Shown: positions 1 through 13,378 of the stretch, in pieces
How positions within the stretch are numbered: position 1 is the first letter of the stretch
Layout: every line of letters begins with the position of its first letter
Assembly (NCBI GenBank): GCA_021432655.1
Contig: MU271249.1
Span: 53,644 to 107,098, forward strand
Source: Atractiella rhizophila
Lineage: Eukaryota
Direction: 5' to 3'
Length of the DNA stretch: 53,455 nucleotides
Notes under the pieces: generated by a model
What the model was told of the DNA's origin: nothing
Seen by the model: the letters and a program-made list of their open reading frames with translations, nothing else
Databases searched by the model: none
Position numbers and translations under genes: made by a program

Positions 1-1621
1 TGCGTCGAAGCACTAGTGTAGGAGCAAACGGGCAAAGTTCTGGTGCTTTAAGAACATTAGTTTGCAGGGTTTCAGCCAACGACTTGGACCTAGACGGAGA
101 CGAGCGTATGAAGACCTGTATGCAAAAGAAACTAGACCGCTGACTGCCCAAGTAACTTCACAGAGGGTGGCCGTATACGAGTGGTCATAGCTATACTAAG
201 TGTTGAGGTTGTAGGAGTAGTAGTCTTACGAAAGGTTGTCGGGGAGAGCGCAGTTTCATTAGGCAGCTGAGTCCTAGGTACTGCAAGCCTTACTTACCAC
301 GAAGAACTCTCTCGTCTAAAAGGGGTTAGTTATGGCAACTTCTTACCCACCAGGAATTGGAGGAGGCCCGGTAAGAAGGGTTTGGCAGCAAAGCACAGGC
401 TTGTGTATTCAGCGAGGTAATCTAGGAAGCGAAGCGATCTTTAGAGGTCGAGTAGGAGTACGGTTAGCTAAGCTGGACGGTTTTAGAAAAGTTTCTGAAA
501 GCGTCCTCAACGTCGTACCTTTCCTCCATACGGCATTTCCTTGGACTTCTTATATAGTCATTTAATTTGAGAACCTGGTGTCTACCACTTGCTTGAGCAT
601 TTCCTAGTGGGGGTTGCGGGTGACTTAGTGGGAGTTAGTCGTTTGCAGAACGGTGGCTCGTTTCGTCTTTTCCATGGGTTAGATGTGGGAGCAGATATGT
701 TTATGGATTTTATGAGAGACCTCCCTCTATTAGACCTGAAGGTTGCTGTACAAACCTGCTGCATAACCTGGCGCTACCTAACAAGCCTACTCTAGCTTTT
801 CGACACAAATAAGGACGTTGCTTTCTTTATTAGCCTGTCAGGCTGTGAGCTCCTTACGAGCAGCAGAAACTAGATGGGGGTCTGGAGGCCGGGCCTGGCG
901 GGAGGTCGGGGTCTCGAAAGACCAAGTCACCGCCGTCGCGTTGCAGATCAGATGGTTGGATTGAGCGCAGCACTCAGTCAATCTCAACCCAATATTCCTC
1001 ACCAACGACATTCTCAGCTCATCGGGAAGCAACCAACATCCGGAAACGGTCCTCCATCCCCTTCAACCTCGACCTCCTCGATATCGTCCAATCCTGCGAA
1101 ACCAGCCACACCTTCCTCAGTTCTGGCTGGCTCTTTTTCTCATTGCAGACCATCCGAACATATCAGACCTGTCGATCAAGTCAAACGCTCTGCAGCCCAA
1201 TTTGATTCGTTATCAGATCATTCGCGCCGCTTGTGGGGGTAGTACCAATGTTGTATGCACTCCTAGTATGTAAAAGCAGATGTCTAACCAATGGTCAGAG
1301 TTCCTTGAGGAACACGGTGGTACACACCGTCCGTGCCTAGTGCAGATAAGTTCGGACGATGAAATGTGTCAAGTTCTTTAAGTTGGCGGACCAAATTGAA
1401 TTTTTTGGAGCCAGGGGTCGGATGGAGTGTTCGCTTTCTGTTCCTCAGTCGGAGAGATTGAATGATGGAAGATGGTGGCTTTGTGGCATCATCGGGGATT
1501 TTATTGGTGACTTTCAGATCATTTTGATAATCTATTGACAAGCAGCACCTGTACCCTTTTATCATTCCCAGTTAATTAGCAATTGAATAATCTGTGTTGG
1601 ATCCATTGCAGTATATCAACA
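1..1621 (-). mobile_element. Possible degenerate LTR retrotransposon 5' end (LTR, PBS and decayed gag-like region)
   Basis: TGTTG at 1249 and CAACA ending 1621 could bound an LTR. On the minus strand the putative LTR end ...ACA is followed after 1 nt by TGGTACTACCCCCAC (PBS-like TGG start). The downstream minus-strand frames are stop-ridden, and no domain was confidently recognised. Confidence 0.35.
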
Positions 1622-2055
1622 ATTCATTGCACTATTTTTGGGCACATTCAATGGGTATTAATCCTTCAGATAGAGGCACTAAAGATTCAGTTCAAGCCAT
1701 ACAGTTGTGGTTATTTCAATTTCTATCTTTTTCCTTACAGGTAATTTAATGCTCTAGTTATTTCTCGTCTATCTTCTCAAGGTACTTCTTCTCACAGACA
1801 ATATGTTGTGAATTTGATTATCCACCTTTTCTCCCCTAATAACTGTCCAATAATCCAAGACCAAGAACAGAACATGTAGTGTTTGCAACTCCTTGTATTC
1901 TGTTGGATAGGTGATTTCCTTCACTTGTCTGCAAACTAATTTGATGGAGTAGAGATCAAATGAAGATATTATCCGGATTGAAAGAAGTGGCTACTCAACC
2001 GTCATGCTGTGATGTTGTACAAGGTCCCCACTCTTGCTATTCCACCTAGATTAAA

Positions 2056-2273
2056 CAAGTGTGTCTGTAGCCTTTGTCCCTCAGGCTGTCCAATGCACTT
2101 GCAAGGTGTATGGCCCTTGAACCCTACAGTGACTCATTTTGAGTCCAGCACAAAATGCAATTTTTTTATTCTTTCAGAATAACATTTCTTTGCAGCTTCA
2201 GTAAGAGGCAAGCATATGGGCTATGATGCAATAATTCATTCATTCTATTTTGCATGGTTGGGAGGTATGAGGC
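2056..2273 (-). repeat. Copy B of a dispersed repeat family (Helitron-like non-autonomous element)
   Basis: Aligns by eye with 31558-31800 (same strand) and with the reverse complement of about 3200-3426: caagtgtgtc...tccctcaggc...cccttgaaccctac...gagtccagcacaaaa...tttcagaataa...gcaagcatatggg. Confidence 0.8.
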
Positions 2274-3130
2274 CTGTCAAGTTTGGTTTGGGAATTTGGA
2301 CGATTTGGGACAATTCTAGCTTTATTAGGGAACCATTGGGAGGAGCTGTAGGAGCTGCATGGCTGTGCGTGCTACTGCATCAAACAATGATGAGCTCGAT
2401 CATACAGTCAGACCCCTAAACATACAGGCCCTCAGTGGACCAGCTAAGCTTGTATACGAGCAGGGGCACCAAAAAAGGGGACTTGTAGCTGGAATATTGT
2501 CGGAAAACATCGGATATCATAAGTATATGTCATATAGTGTTTGGAATCAACTGTAGCGCCATGCTCACTTGCTCTGCACGAAAGAACCCAAGGTGGTCTG
2601 TACCCGAGACTCCTTTGTGAACTGAACTTTTCGCTTGAAAACTCCTTCAGTGCCTTTGTGCACAACATTCTAAACTGTCTCGCAACCCCGCTATCACGCA
2701 GCATACCTTCCTCTCACAACAATTGAGCCACCGCCGTCGGTTCGTCCAGAGTCGGCAGAGGTTTGAGTTCGACTGTGTCGTTGCCGTCAGGATCCTCTTC
2801 ATTGCCGAGCCCGAGCGTTTCTGGGTGCATTATTGCCTGAAAAAGAAGGTTCTGAATGTCACGTGCTGCACTCTTAACATGCAATCAAAAATTGCGTGCA
2901 ACTCCTTGCATACTGAGAAATGAATATGCAATGCATAAAGTACAAAATACATAGGAACGAGGTTGGTGGACGATTTTTCCTTGCAAGTAAAGAGGTTTGC
3001 ATATTGACTAGTATGCATATTAGCGAGTCTGACTGTACATGTAAGATTTCGGACTGGATTTGGAGGGGAATTAGATTTTCGGGATAGCCATGAGCATATC
3101 TAGTTATTAGATATATCAGAAGTGGTGACA

Positions 3131-3426
3131 TTGACTTTTTCCATCCTTACCTCTAAAAGCCATCCGTTCTTGGCATGAGTCATAAAACACACTTTTGAGC
3201 CTTCATACCTCCCTCACCAGGGACATTGAAAAGAAATGAATTACCCCATCTTACTGCATATGCTTGCGCCTTTCTGAATCCGCGAGGAAATTTTATTCTG
3301 AAGGGGAAAAAAAATGCGTTTCACACTGGACTCGAACCCTCACAAGAGTCACAGTAGGGTTCAAGGGGCCATCCCCCTTGCGAGTGGGTTGGGGGGCCTG
3401 AGGGACGAAGGCCGATGACACACTTG
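3131..3426 (+). repeat. Copy A of the dispersed repeat family (Helitron-like, 3' end GACACACTTG|T)
   Basis: Reverse complement of 31558-31830. Carries the GC-rich hairpin motif gggttcaaggggccatcccccttgcgagtgggttggggggcctgagggacgaaggcc just before the shared terminus. Confidence 0.8.
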
Positions 3427-3799
3427 TAGGCTACTAAATGGGGACATCTATCTTGCGCCAATGGGTGATGCGTCTGTAGTGGAGATAAACCTAAGAGCAT
3501 GATATGACATGAGAAGACTAACCTGTAGTCGAGATGAACCTAAGAGAATACTCTAAGGTCACTTTCACTAATCTCCAATCTATATACAAGCAGAATAACA
3601 CTGCCACAAAGTGTGGAGGAGAGCAGATGAAACGTGTAAGAGAACTAAAAGGGAAAGTGACAGTAGGATTACGCGGTGTTGATAAGAGAAGAATTAATAC
3701 AATTGAGCTAAGTGGTGATGGAAGTGCAACCAGGTGACGGGGAGACGCAGAGTCACGTAGAACGCAAACAGGTGAATGGGGGCCTAAAATGCAAACCTG

Positions 3800-4700
3800 A
3801 CACCACTTTGCTGCTGATCATCGCTTTGCAACCTCATGAAGCCAAGGACCCCGATGATATGGAGATGGACGCAACAAAGTTCAGACCCCCTCATTGTCGA
3901 AGATGTTAAAAAATCGGATACAGAGAGAAGGAATGCAAGAAGTCCGTGAGCAAAGAGCAATATCTTCGTGCACAAGGAGAATATTTGACACTTGTCTTGT
4001 ACAACAAGAACGACAATCTGCACAAATCGCCAATCAGTCGCTGAAAACGAGCTTGGATGAGGTTTGAGACAGCGATGTATGAAAGGAGTGTCCCCATTGC
4101 CGACATGCAATTCATTTTCGTCAACTAAAATCACTTCCAACAAAGCGCCACTTTGCGCAGATTTCCCTTCTGCTAAACATGACTCCCTATTTCCAAATTG
4201 TGTTTCCTGTCTTGGAGACAAAGATGTGCAGATGTTGTAAAAATATATGACAAAGTCCACTTAGGTTCAACAACCGCATCCCTTATCAGCGCAAAAATGA
4301 AACTCAGAACTGTGTTTCATCATCCAGATTCCCATGATCGACCTGCCACATCGGCATTGTTGACAGCAGGGCAACCACTTCCTTTATTCGCCAAAACATT
4401 TCTGCATACAACCTATCCGTCACTCGACTCCCTTTCCCAGTGCCTGTTTACAATATCGACATATCTCTCAATCATGGAGGTTCCATCTATTCTGTCGCTT
4501 ATTTACCATTTCCGCCACACTCATCACGAAGTTTGGCAATTTGTGGTTGCAGAACTGGGGACAGTTGAGGTGATTCTGGATCATGATTGGTTAAGATACC
4601 ACTACCCGGGTGTCAGGGAAAGTTGAGTTCTCTCGCTGCCCCACCAGTTGCAACACGGTTGATATATCTACTGCACGCAAACAATTTCCATCATTGTCTG
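3800..4700 (+). pseudogene. Ty3/gypsy gag-protease relic
   Basis: DDMEMDA followed by the degenerate zinc knuckle CRRC*KIGYREKEC. A frameshifted aspartic protease follows: VDSRATTSFI, PVYNIDISLNHGGSI, HHEVWQFVVAELGTVEVILDHDWLRYHYP. Stops and frameshifts are present. Confidence 0.8.
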
Positions 4701-5191
4701 CCTCAATACGAGCTGCTATGATGAAATCACAGAAACTAGCAAAGAGGGCGCGGTGATGGGACCAAAAAACGTCGTCAAAATACCAGCGCAAATCGCTGAC
4801 TTTGGCGATCTTGGGACCATGCCATCAGCCTCAAATCAGAAGCTCGACCATATACTGGTCCTGTCTAACCCTTGAAGAGAGATGAACAAGGGGCGCTCGA
4901 CTAATTCATCGATGTGAAACTGAGCGCCGGTCATATATGTCCCAGCACAGGAGAACATGGCGCTTCCATTTTTTTACACACAAAAGGACTCACCTGAACT
5001 TCATCCCCTTTTCAACTATCTCAAGTTGAATGAAGCCACAGCTGTGAGAGAGAGACATACCACATGACTCTGTTTTACTTCGTCGTTTTCCTTCCCTTCG
5101 CTCATTCCTCTCGCTTCGTTTCCCTCTCGCTTTCTTGTTCTCCACTCGTCGGCACGTGTACATAGGGTTAGGGCCATCGCCAACCTTCCCC

Positions 5192-5285
5192 AGCGTTTCC
5201 ACCATCTCATTTCGCTGGGGATCAGGTACGTAGCTTCATTTCATGCCATAGAGCATTTCCACCATCTCCTTTCGCTGGGGATCAG
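5192..5285 (+). repeat. Local direct repeat (34 bp unit, 60 bp period)
   Basis: agc(g/a)tttccaccatctc(a/c)tttcgctggggatcag at 5192-5225 and 5252-5285. Confidence 0.85.
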
Positions 5286-7042
5286 CTCACAAGAAACGCT
5301 GCACAAGGATATGAACTGCTGCAAAAGGCTCCTCGGGAGGCGACAATGGAAGAACAGTCAGAAGAGCCAAAAAAGTGGACGAGAGGGAAGTTGTTTCAGA
5401 TCACTATTGGAGCTGGAACAGCTCAGACAAGGCCACTGGAAGGGTTTGCTTCAACACCCGCGATCATAGACAAGGGGGCAGCCAGAAATCTGATGAGCGG
5501 ACTTTTATCTAAAGAATCAAAGAAACCTGCCCCCCCTCCTTCCGTCAAACAATTTGTTGATAATTGGGAATGGATCCAAAACCTCATCCCCAACTTCGTG
5601 AAAATTAAGCATTGATTTCGTCCCCTCACACTCATGGTACCTCTGACTCCAGCAGACAAGCGGCCACATGGAAAGAACAAACCGGAGGCTCAAGCAAGCA
5701 CTGGGGTGGATATTGAAGTCGGTTTCCCTCGTTCTGCTTGTTGTTGTTGTTGTGATCATATTTCAGAGCTTTCAGACTATAGTCAACGTAGCTCTACATT
5801 TGGGGATATCACGTGTGAGAAAATGAAGATATTAACAGTCCAACAAAGTAATCTTGGAGGTTGAATCAGAACCGAGAATATTGCGACGAGAAAGTGTAAA
5901 GGATATGAAAAAAAAAAGGCCCCCGGTAATCCCCGTTAAAATTTTATGTTGGCGTAGAACGCAAGAAGCAGATGGGGGGTTACTAAATCGCGATGGCTAT
6001 TGTGTGGTTGGGTTGTACGAGATGGGGATTGACGATGTATTCGGTTCCTCCTTTGCTATAACCTCATGGTATATGTGTGGTGGTAGATGGTTGTGTTCCT
6101 AGGAGCAATACCTTAGATGGGTCAGTGATGAGATTGGACGTAACTCGTTTTTAGTCTTCCCACTCCTCCCTGAACTCTTCTTCCTCCCCTCTACTTTCCG
6201 CCATTTGCTTTCGCTTCTCCTTTCTTCTGTCCAAGACTCTTTGTGCCCTTTTGATCCATAGATTGAATTTCCCCCCCTCGTTCTGCTCCTGCAGGCAAGA
6301 TGGTGCCTACCAGTGCACCTATTCTCTCCACCAATCCAGACTTTTTAACAAGCACACGTCTTGTGACTGCCGTCCACATAAGCTGAAAAAAGGGTGCATT
6401 CGGAGAAGGAAGACGAAGGGGGCACTCAGAAAAGAAAGAAACAAAAGCTGAAGGAAACATCGGGGTTAAAACTGGTCAAAAACTGGTCGACCAGTTTTGT
6501 GCTGCGGGGAAACTGGTCTATGTCGGGCGCGCCGCGCGTCCGAGGCCACAAACATGGTCAAATCTTCCTTCAAAAGAAGAGAAGAGTTCTCAGAAGAAAG
6601 CATGAATGGAATGAGGAAAAGAAGGAAGTAGGACGGACCCACAAACCCTAAGCAAAGGCGGAGGAAAGGACTGGTGTAGTTGTGCAAGTCCTTTCCTCCT
6701 TCTTCCATCTACCCATCCGCCACGCTTTCCTTCCCCATCTTCTCATCCACCTAGCTTCCTCCGACATCCTCTATTCTCTGAGCTGTGAGTGTGCTTCTGC
6801 AGCACGGCGAAAAGGTGCGCCTCTCTTGTTATGTCTCATTCCTTTCCTCTTTGCTGCATGAATGTTGTACTAACAATTATCTCCCAGTATTTTCTGTTTC
6901 TGCTTACTTCTCACCTTCCGTCCACCAACTTCCACGGCCACTGCTCTCTTGTGCCCCGCCCCTCCTCATCGCATCCACTCTGTCCCACCCTTCACGCCTT
7001 CTCCCAGCAGAGTACCAGATCATTGGACCTTATTCAATCGTC

Positions 7043-10000
7043 ATGTCTGCGCTTTCCTCCAACATCTTCGATCCCCCTGTCGTGAAGGCACTGTGCAAAC
7101 AGGTGCTAGAGACCCACACTCGACAGAAGGCTGGGAATAAAAAGGGAAACTGGCTTGTGGACTGGGAAACAATGTGGACAAGTCAATCGGTCAATGATAC
7201 AGTGGAGAAATGGAAGAAAAATAAAAGTATTGTGGGGGAAGAGGGGCAATTATTCTTTGCTGCCCAAGTGTTAGAATATAGGAAAATTGTTAACCGAGTC
7301 CTTGACAGAGAGGTATGCTATTCTGTACTTATTTTAAAGTCTCTGGGTTACAAGTAAAATGTAGATTAACCAAGGAGCCATTCCCACTGGCTTTCCCCTC
7401 TATGGACCTCTTTTCATTCCTCCCACTGCCGATTATGACCATTTACGGCGAAGAAACGTTTCTGACTGTCCGGAAAAATTTCTCGTTGAACCTCTCCTTG
7501 TCCTAACTCCTGGATACTTTCCTGGCTATAATATGGAGAAATGTCCGGTCAAAAGGCTGCATGGCGAAAGTTGAAAAGCAGGGGCTGGCGCCAACTGGTT
7601 ATCGCTCAGTTTATGGGCTATCATGCAATTTGAAAGCAATTGGTTGTTCTCTCAAATGTCAGACTCATGGCAAATGGAGCATAACCTCTCCTAACTTTTG
7701 GAGGAACTTTCAGCCATATGAATTATGTATCGGCGTATTTTTTAAAATGATTTAATAAACACATGACTAAGTTGCTTGCATAGATGGAATACCTTACTTC
7801 CGGGAGTCATCGGCTGTCACTCGAGAGCTGTTCAACTTTATTACAGAATTACGGCCAAAGACTGATGTTGGCAAACTGGGAGAAGCGATTCAGCATAACT
7901 ACTGTCTTTGCTTAGAAAAAACAACTTACACATTCTTTGTGTTTTGCAGAGCTACATTCGGAGCATGTCTAGCAGATTAAACGAGTTTGGCAACAGTATG
8001 CTATTGAAGAACAGATTTGTCACAAATGGCCTTCCGGCCCGTTCAAGCCGATCTTGAAGCAGTTCCCAGCTGTTCTATCCAGAGCTGCCGATCCAACTAT
8101 AAAAGCCGATGCGATTAATCCCTCTCCATCAGTACAAACACTGGATAGAGTGTGAGCATAGCCTGGAAAGCAACATGTATTTGAAAACCTTTACCGGTAT
8201 GTATTTGGTTTACCTTGGCCCTCTATCCAGACAAACAATCAAGTCTTTCATTAGGCCTCGATGCAACCCTCAAGGTCGGCAAGAAGGCAAACGTTTACAC
8301 TACTGTGAAGGATACTGGTGGTCGTCAAAAATTACAAGTTTTGAATATTTTTGGTGGAGCATTGTTGATGATGGTAAATGAGGACCGGGAACTTGTGGGA
8401 TACGTAAGTTATAATGTTGTTTTCATCTGTAAATTCAATGTCTAATAATAAGATTCCAGGAACTTTTTGTCGGGAACTCACCGCTCGAGATGGATCTACC
8501 ACTTCAAGATTTTGCTCAATGCACACAGCTACTTGGAGTCGATTTCAAAGGTAGCGAGGAGGTATTTGTTGACCTCTGCTGTCAACATAGGAACAATGTC
8601 CTTCTCTATGTGCCCAAACTCTGGATTGGCCAGGATCTAGCTCATCTCAAAATGGGTGTCTTTGAAACAATTCCTCACACAAATTCAGCATGAGCAGATT
8701 TCATTGTGGCATTTCGAGAGGCGATCTTGAAGAAGAAGGCAGACTTGCAAAGTCAGGTTCCTGAGTATTATTCAGTTGAAGAAAGCTTGGAGCGGCTTAT
8801 AAAAGTTGAAGACAAGTTCAAGAAGAATTCTGATCTTTGGAACAAGTGCTGTGCCACATTCGAGCTTCAAAAAGGTCACATTGCAAAGGGATGCCTTATT
8901 CCAAAGCATCCACAGCTCCTGTTTACGACATCAAATAATGAAAACTGGCATAATGCAGCTGGCGAGCCATTTTCTGGATCAGCTTCTTCTCTTACAACTG
9001 TTCTGAGTGTCCTTCCCGATATCTTCTTATACAAGAACCTTCTTGTCAAAATTAAGAACTGCTCTCAGCCAGCTGACTCACCATCATGAGCAATTCAGAA
9101 GAAGGTTATTGAGGCTAGTACCCACCACATCTCTCTTCTGGATCGGAATCTTCGCCTGGAAGAAACCTTATACTCTTCAAGCTAGCCTAAACTGCTGGAT
9201 GTCTTTTCGAAGCATGAGTTTGGATTGGTTAAGAGTATGTTTTCTATTCTTGCTACTGGGAGTAATATATTTACTGATATTCCATGAGTTTAGATTTACA
9301 GGAGTTGACCTAGATCGCTATAAAGCGAAGCGAAAGGAGCTCCTCCAAACTCTCAAACCAGATGATATCAAACATCCCGAAGTAATTGTTATGGCTGTCA
9401 TGAATGGAATGGTTGTTATGAATGGTGAGCTTCCTGTGGACTCTGATGTTGAAATGGAGATGTTTTCAGAGGATGTAGGTCTTCTCTTAGCCAGTCTTCT
9501 CAACATAAGAATATATTCATATTGAGCTATTATAGAAACCCAAAAACACTCATTTACAATGTTCTGTGATCAGTTCATCTTGCTTGCCAGAAAAGCGCAT
9601 GATGATCCAATTGGATAGTGTAGATGACGCCACTCCTATGCTCGCCATCTCCTCCAAACGCCCTCATCTAAATCAAGAACTTTTGCAGATATCAAGCCCC
9701 CTCTGCTACCTTCTTTTTGGAACTTTACAAAATCGAACCAGCCCCCATCCTTCACAATTATTGATGTGGAAGCGCAACCACCGTTGGTTCCTCTTGCCCA
9801 CAAATGTCTTCCAATTTCGAATGTCATAGACCTTTACTTCGACAACAGGCACTTCATTCGCAGATCATCAGGAGAAGAGTACAATTCAAATGTACTCTGA
9901 TGCCTTGTGGAAACTTGCGTCCTGCCGACTCCAGTTCAAAGCTACTTCTTCAATGACGGAGAAGCAGCTGAAGTTGTTTGCTGAGAACTATAACAACCCC

Positions 10001-10658
10001 CAGCTTATCTTGAACCCTACGTATTACAATGCAGGAAAGGGTGTTCCGAACGACAAAATCATTCGTGATGGTTTGGTACTCAAAAACGGTTTATTTGCAA
10101 TCGAGAAGGAGGTTGCTAGTCGCATTCAGAGATTAGCCAGAGGAGGCTGTAAGTTTGAACACTTTCATTGACAAGAAAAGGAATTTACTAACAATGTTGA
10201 GCAGCAATCAAACCATTCTGGAAACTACAAACCATACTCCCTCCACCAGTGACAGCAACATCCACGAAGCCAATAAAGAAGGGCCACCTTGGAGCTGTAA
10301 AGACTTGTGGTCGATGCAAAAAGCAAAAGGATGGGTATGGTGAGAAGAATACAAACAATCACAAGCGTGATGTCTGTGATGAAACTGTCTGCATTGGTCC
10401 AAGGTTCCGTACCCACTGCCCAAGACCAACTTACACAATGTCCCACTCTGCAAGAATATGTTCGGGAAGTGGAGCATAGACGAGAATGTGGTAAAGAAGT
10501 TTTTTATGGATATCAAGGATGTGACAGTGCCGCATGTTGATCAATCAGTGGAGATGATCAACATGCAAGTTTTTATGGCAATGACATCAGTAGAGGAAAA
10601 GGTGGACTGGGTTTTGACAAATGAACGGTTACATATTGAAGCAGGGAAGAGAAAGTAG
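7043..10658 (+). pseudogene. Multi-exon DDE transposase pseudogene, Mutator-like (DxxH) with Cys-rich N- and C-terminal domains
   Basis: Spliced fragments give CPVKGC...LKCQTH, LDATLKVGKK (first D), VFVDLCC (second D), QDLAH (DxxH), TSNNENWHN (E) and C-terminal TCGRC...HKRDVCDE. In-frame stops TAG 7970-7972 and TGA 8691-8693, plus a frameshift near 8120. Confidence 0.65.
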
Positions 10659-11094
10659 TATTGCAGCCCGATGCGGAACAAATCTCCCCGAAATTGAGTG
10701 CAAAACCCTCGCTCAGATTGGCTACATAAGGGCCGTTCGGATATGCTTAGAACTTTAAAAAAACAAACATTTTTTGGAAAACGGCCTTTTTGGACAGGGC
10801 TACTCAAAAGAAATTGCGCCTTTGACCAAAAAAGAGGATGGTACGAGAGAGAATGGAAAGAATGTAGGGAACTTTTGTTTGGAGAACAGCAAAACACCAA
10901 AGTGGTATCGGGCGTCATTTTAAAGCCGTATTAGAGTGGAGAAAAAAGATATTTTTTGTTAAAAGCCATGGGTTCTTTGATGCTAATTCCTCTTTCTTCA
11001 CTTAGGGTTACTTTTTACACGAGTTGTAATCGTCTGGCACATTACATCAATATAGCTCAGTGGAGGAGAGAGAAACCTCACACGCTTCAGCGGC

Positions 11095-12985
<1,891 letters not shown>

Positions 12986-13378
12986 TATGTCTCTTTTTAC
13001 GTGATTAAGGGCTTTAGTGTATGGGAGAAGAGTCCTTTTAAGCTAGTGTGTTTGTGCCATCGTCCCCCCTTGAGCAGACCCGTCGCCCAAGGGGTCGGAG
13101 TTGGTCGGCAATAAAACTGGTCTACCAGTTTTAACCTGTTTTTGGCAGCAAATTTTCTCAAAATTGGAGCGCAAAACCATTTTTCGCTTGCGGCCTCCGG
13201 CCGCTTGCGCAAACCCCTGGGGGCCACCAGTTTGCCCCCGGTATTGAGCCGAATCGGCGATGACCGATTCGAGCCATCCCTAGTAGGAAACCCCGAGGGG
13301 GACCGCCACCTTTGAAATATGTGGATTGTGGTTATTCTTCATCCCTTCAGCCATCTTCAGCACCGAATCTTTTCCTTT

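Noticed and set aside
3475..3550. Two ctgtagt.gagat.aacctaagag units resembling an array
   Set aside because: Only two imperfect units, in a eukaryotic TE context. Not CRISPR-like, probably part of an LTR relic.
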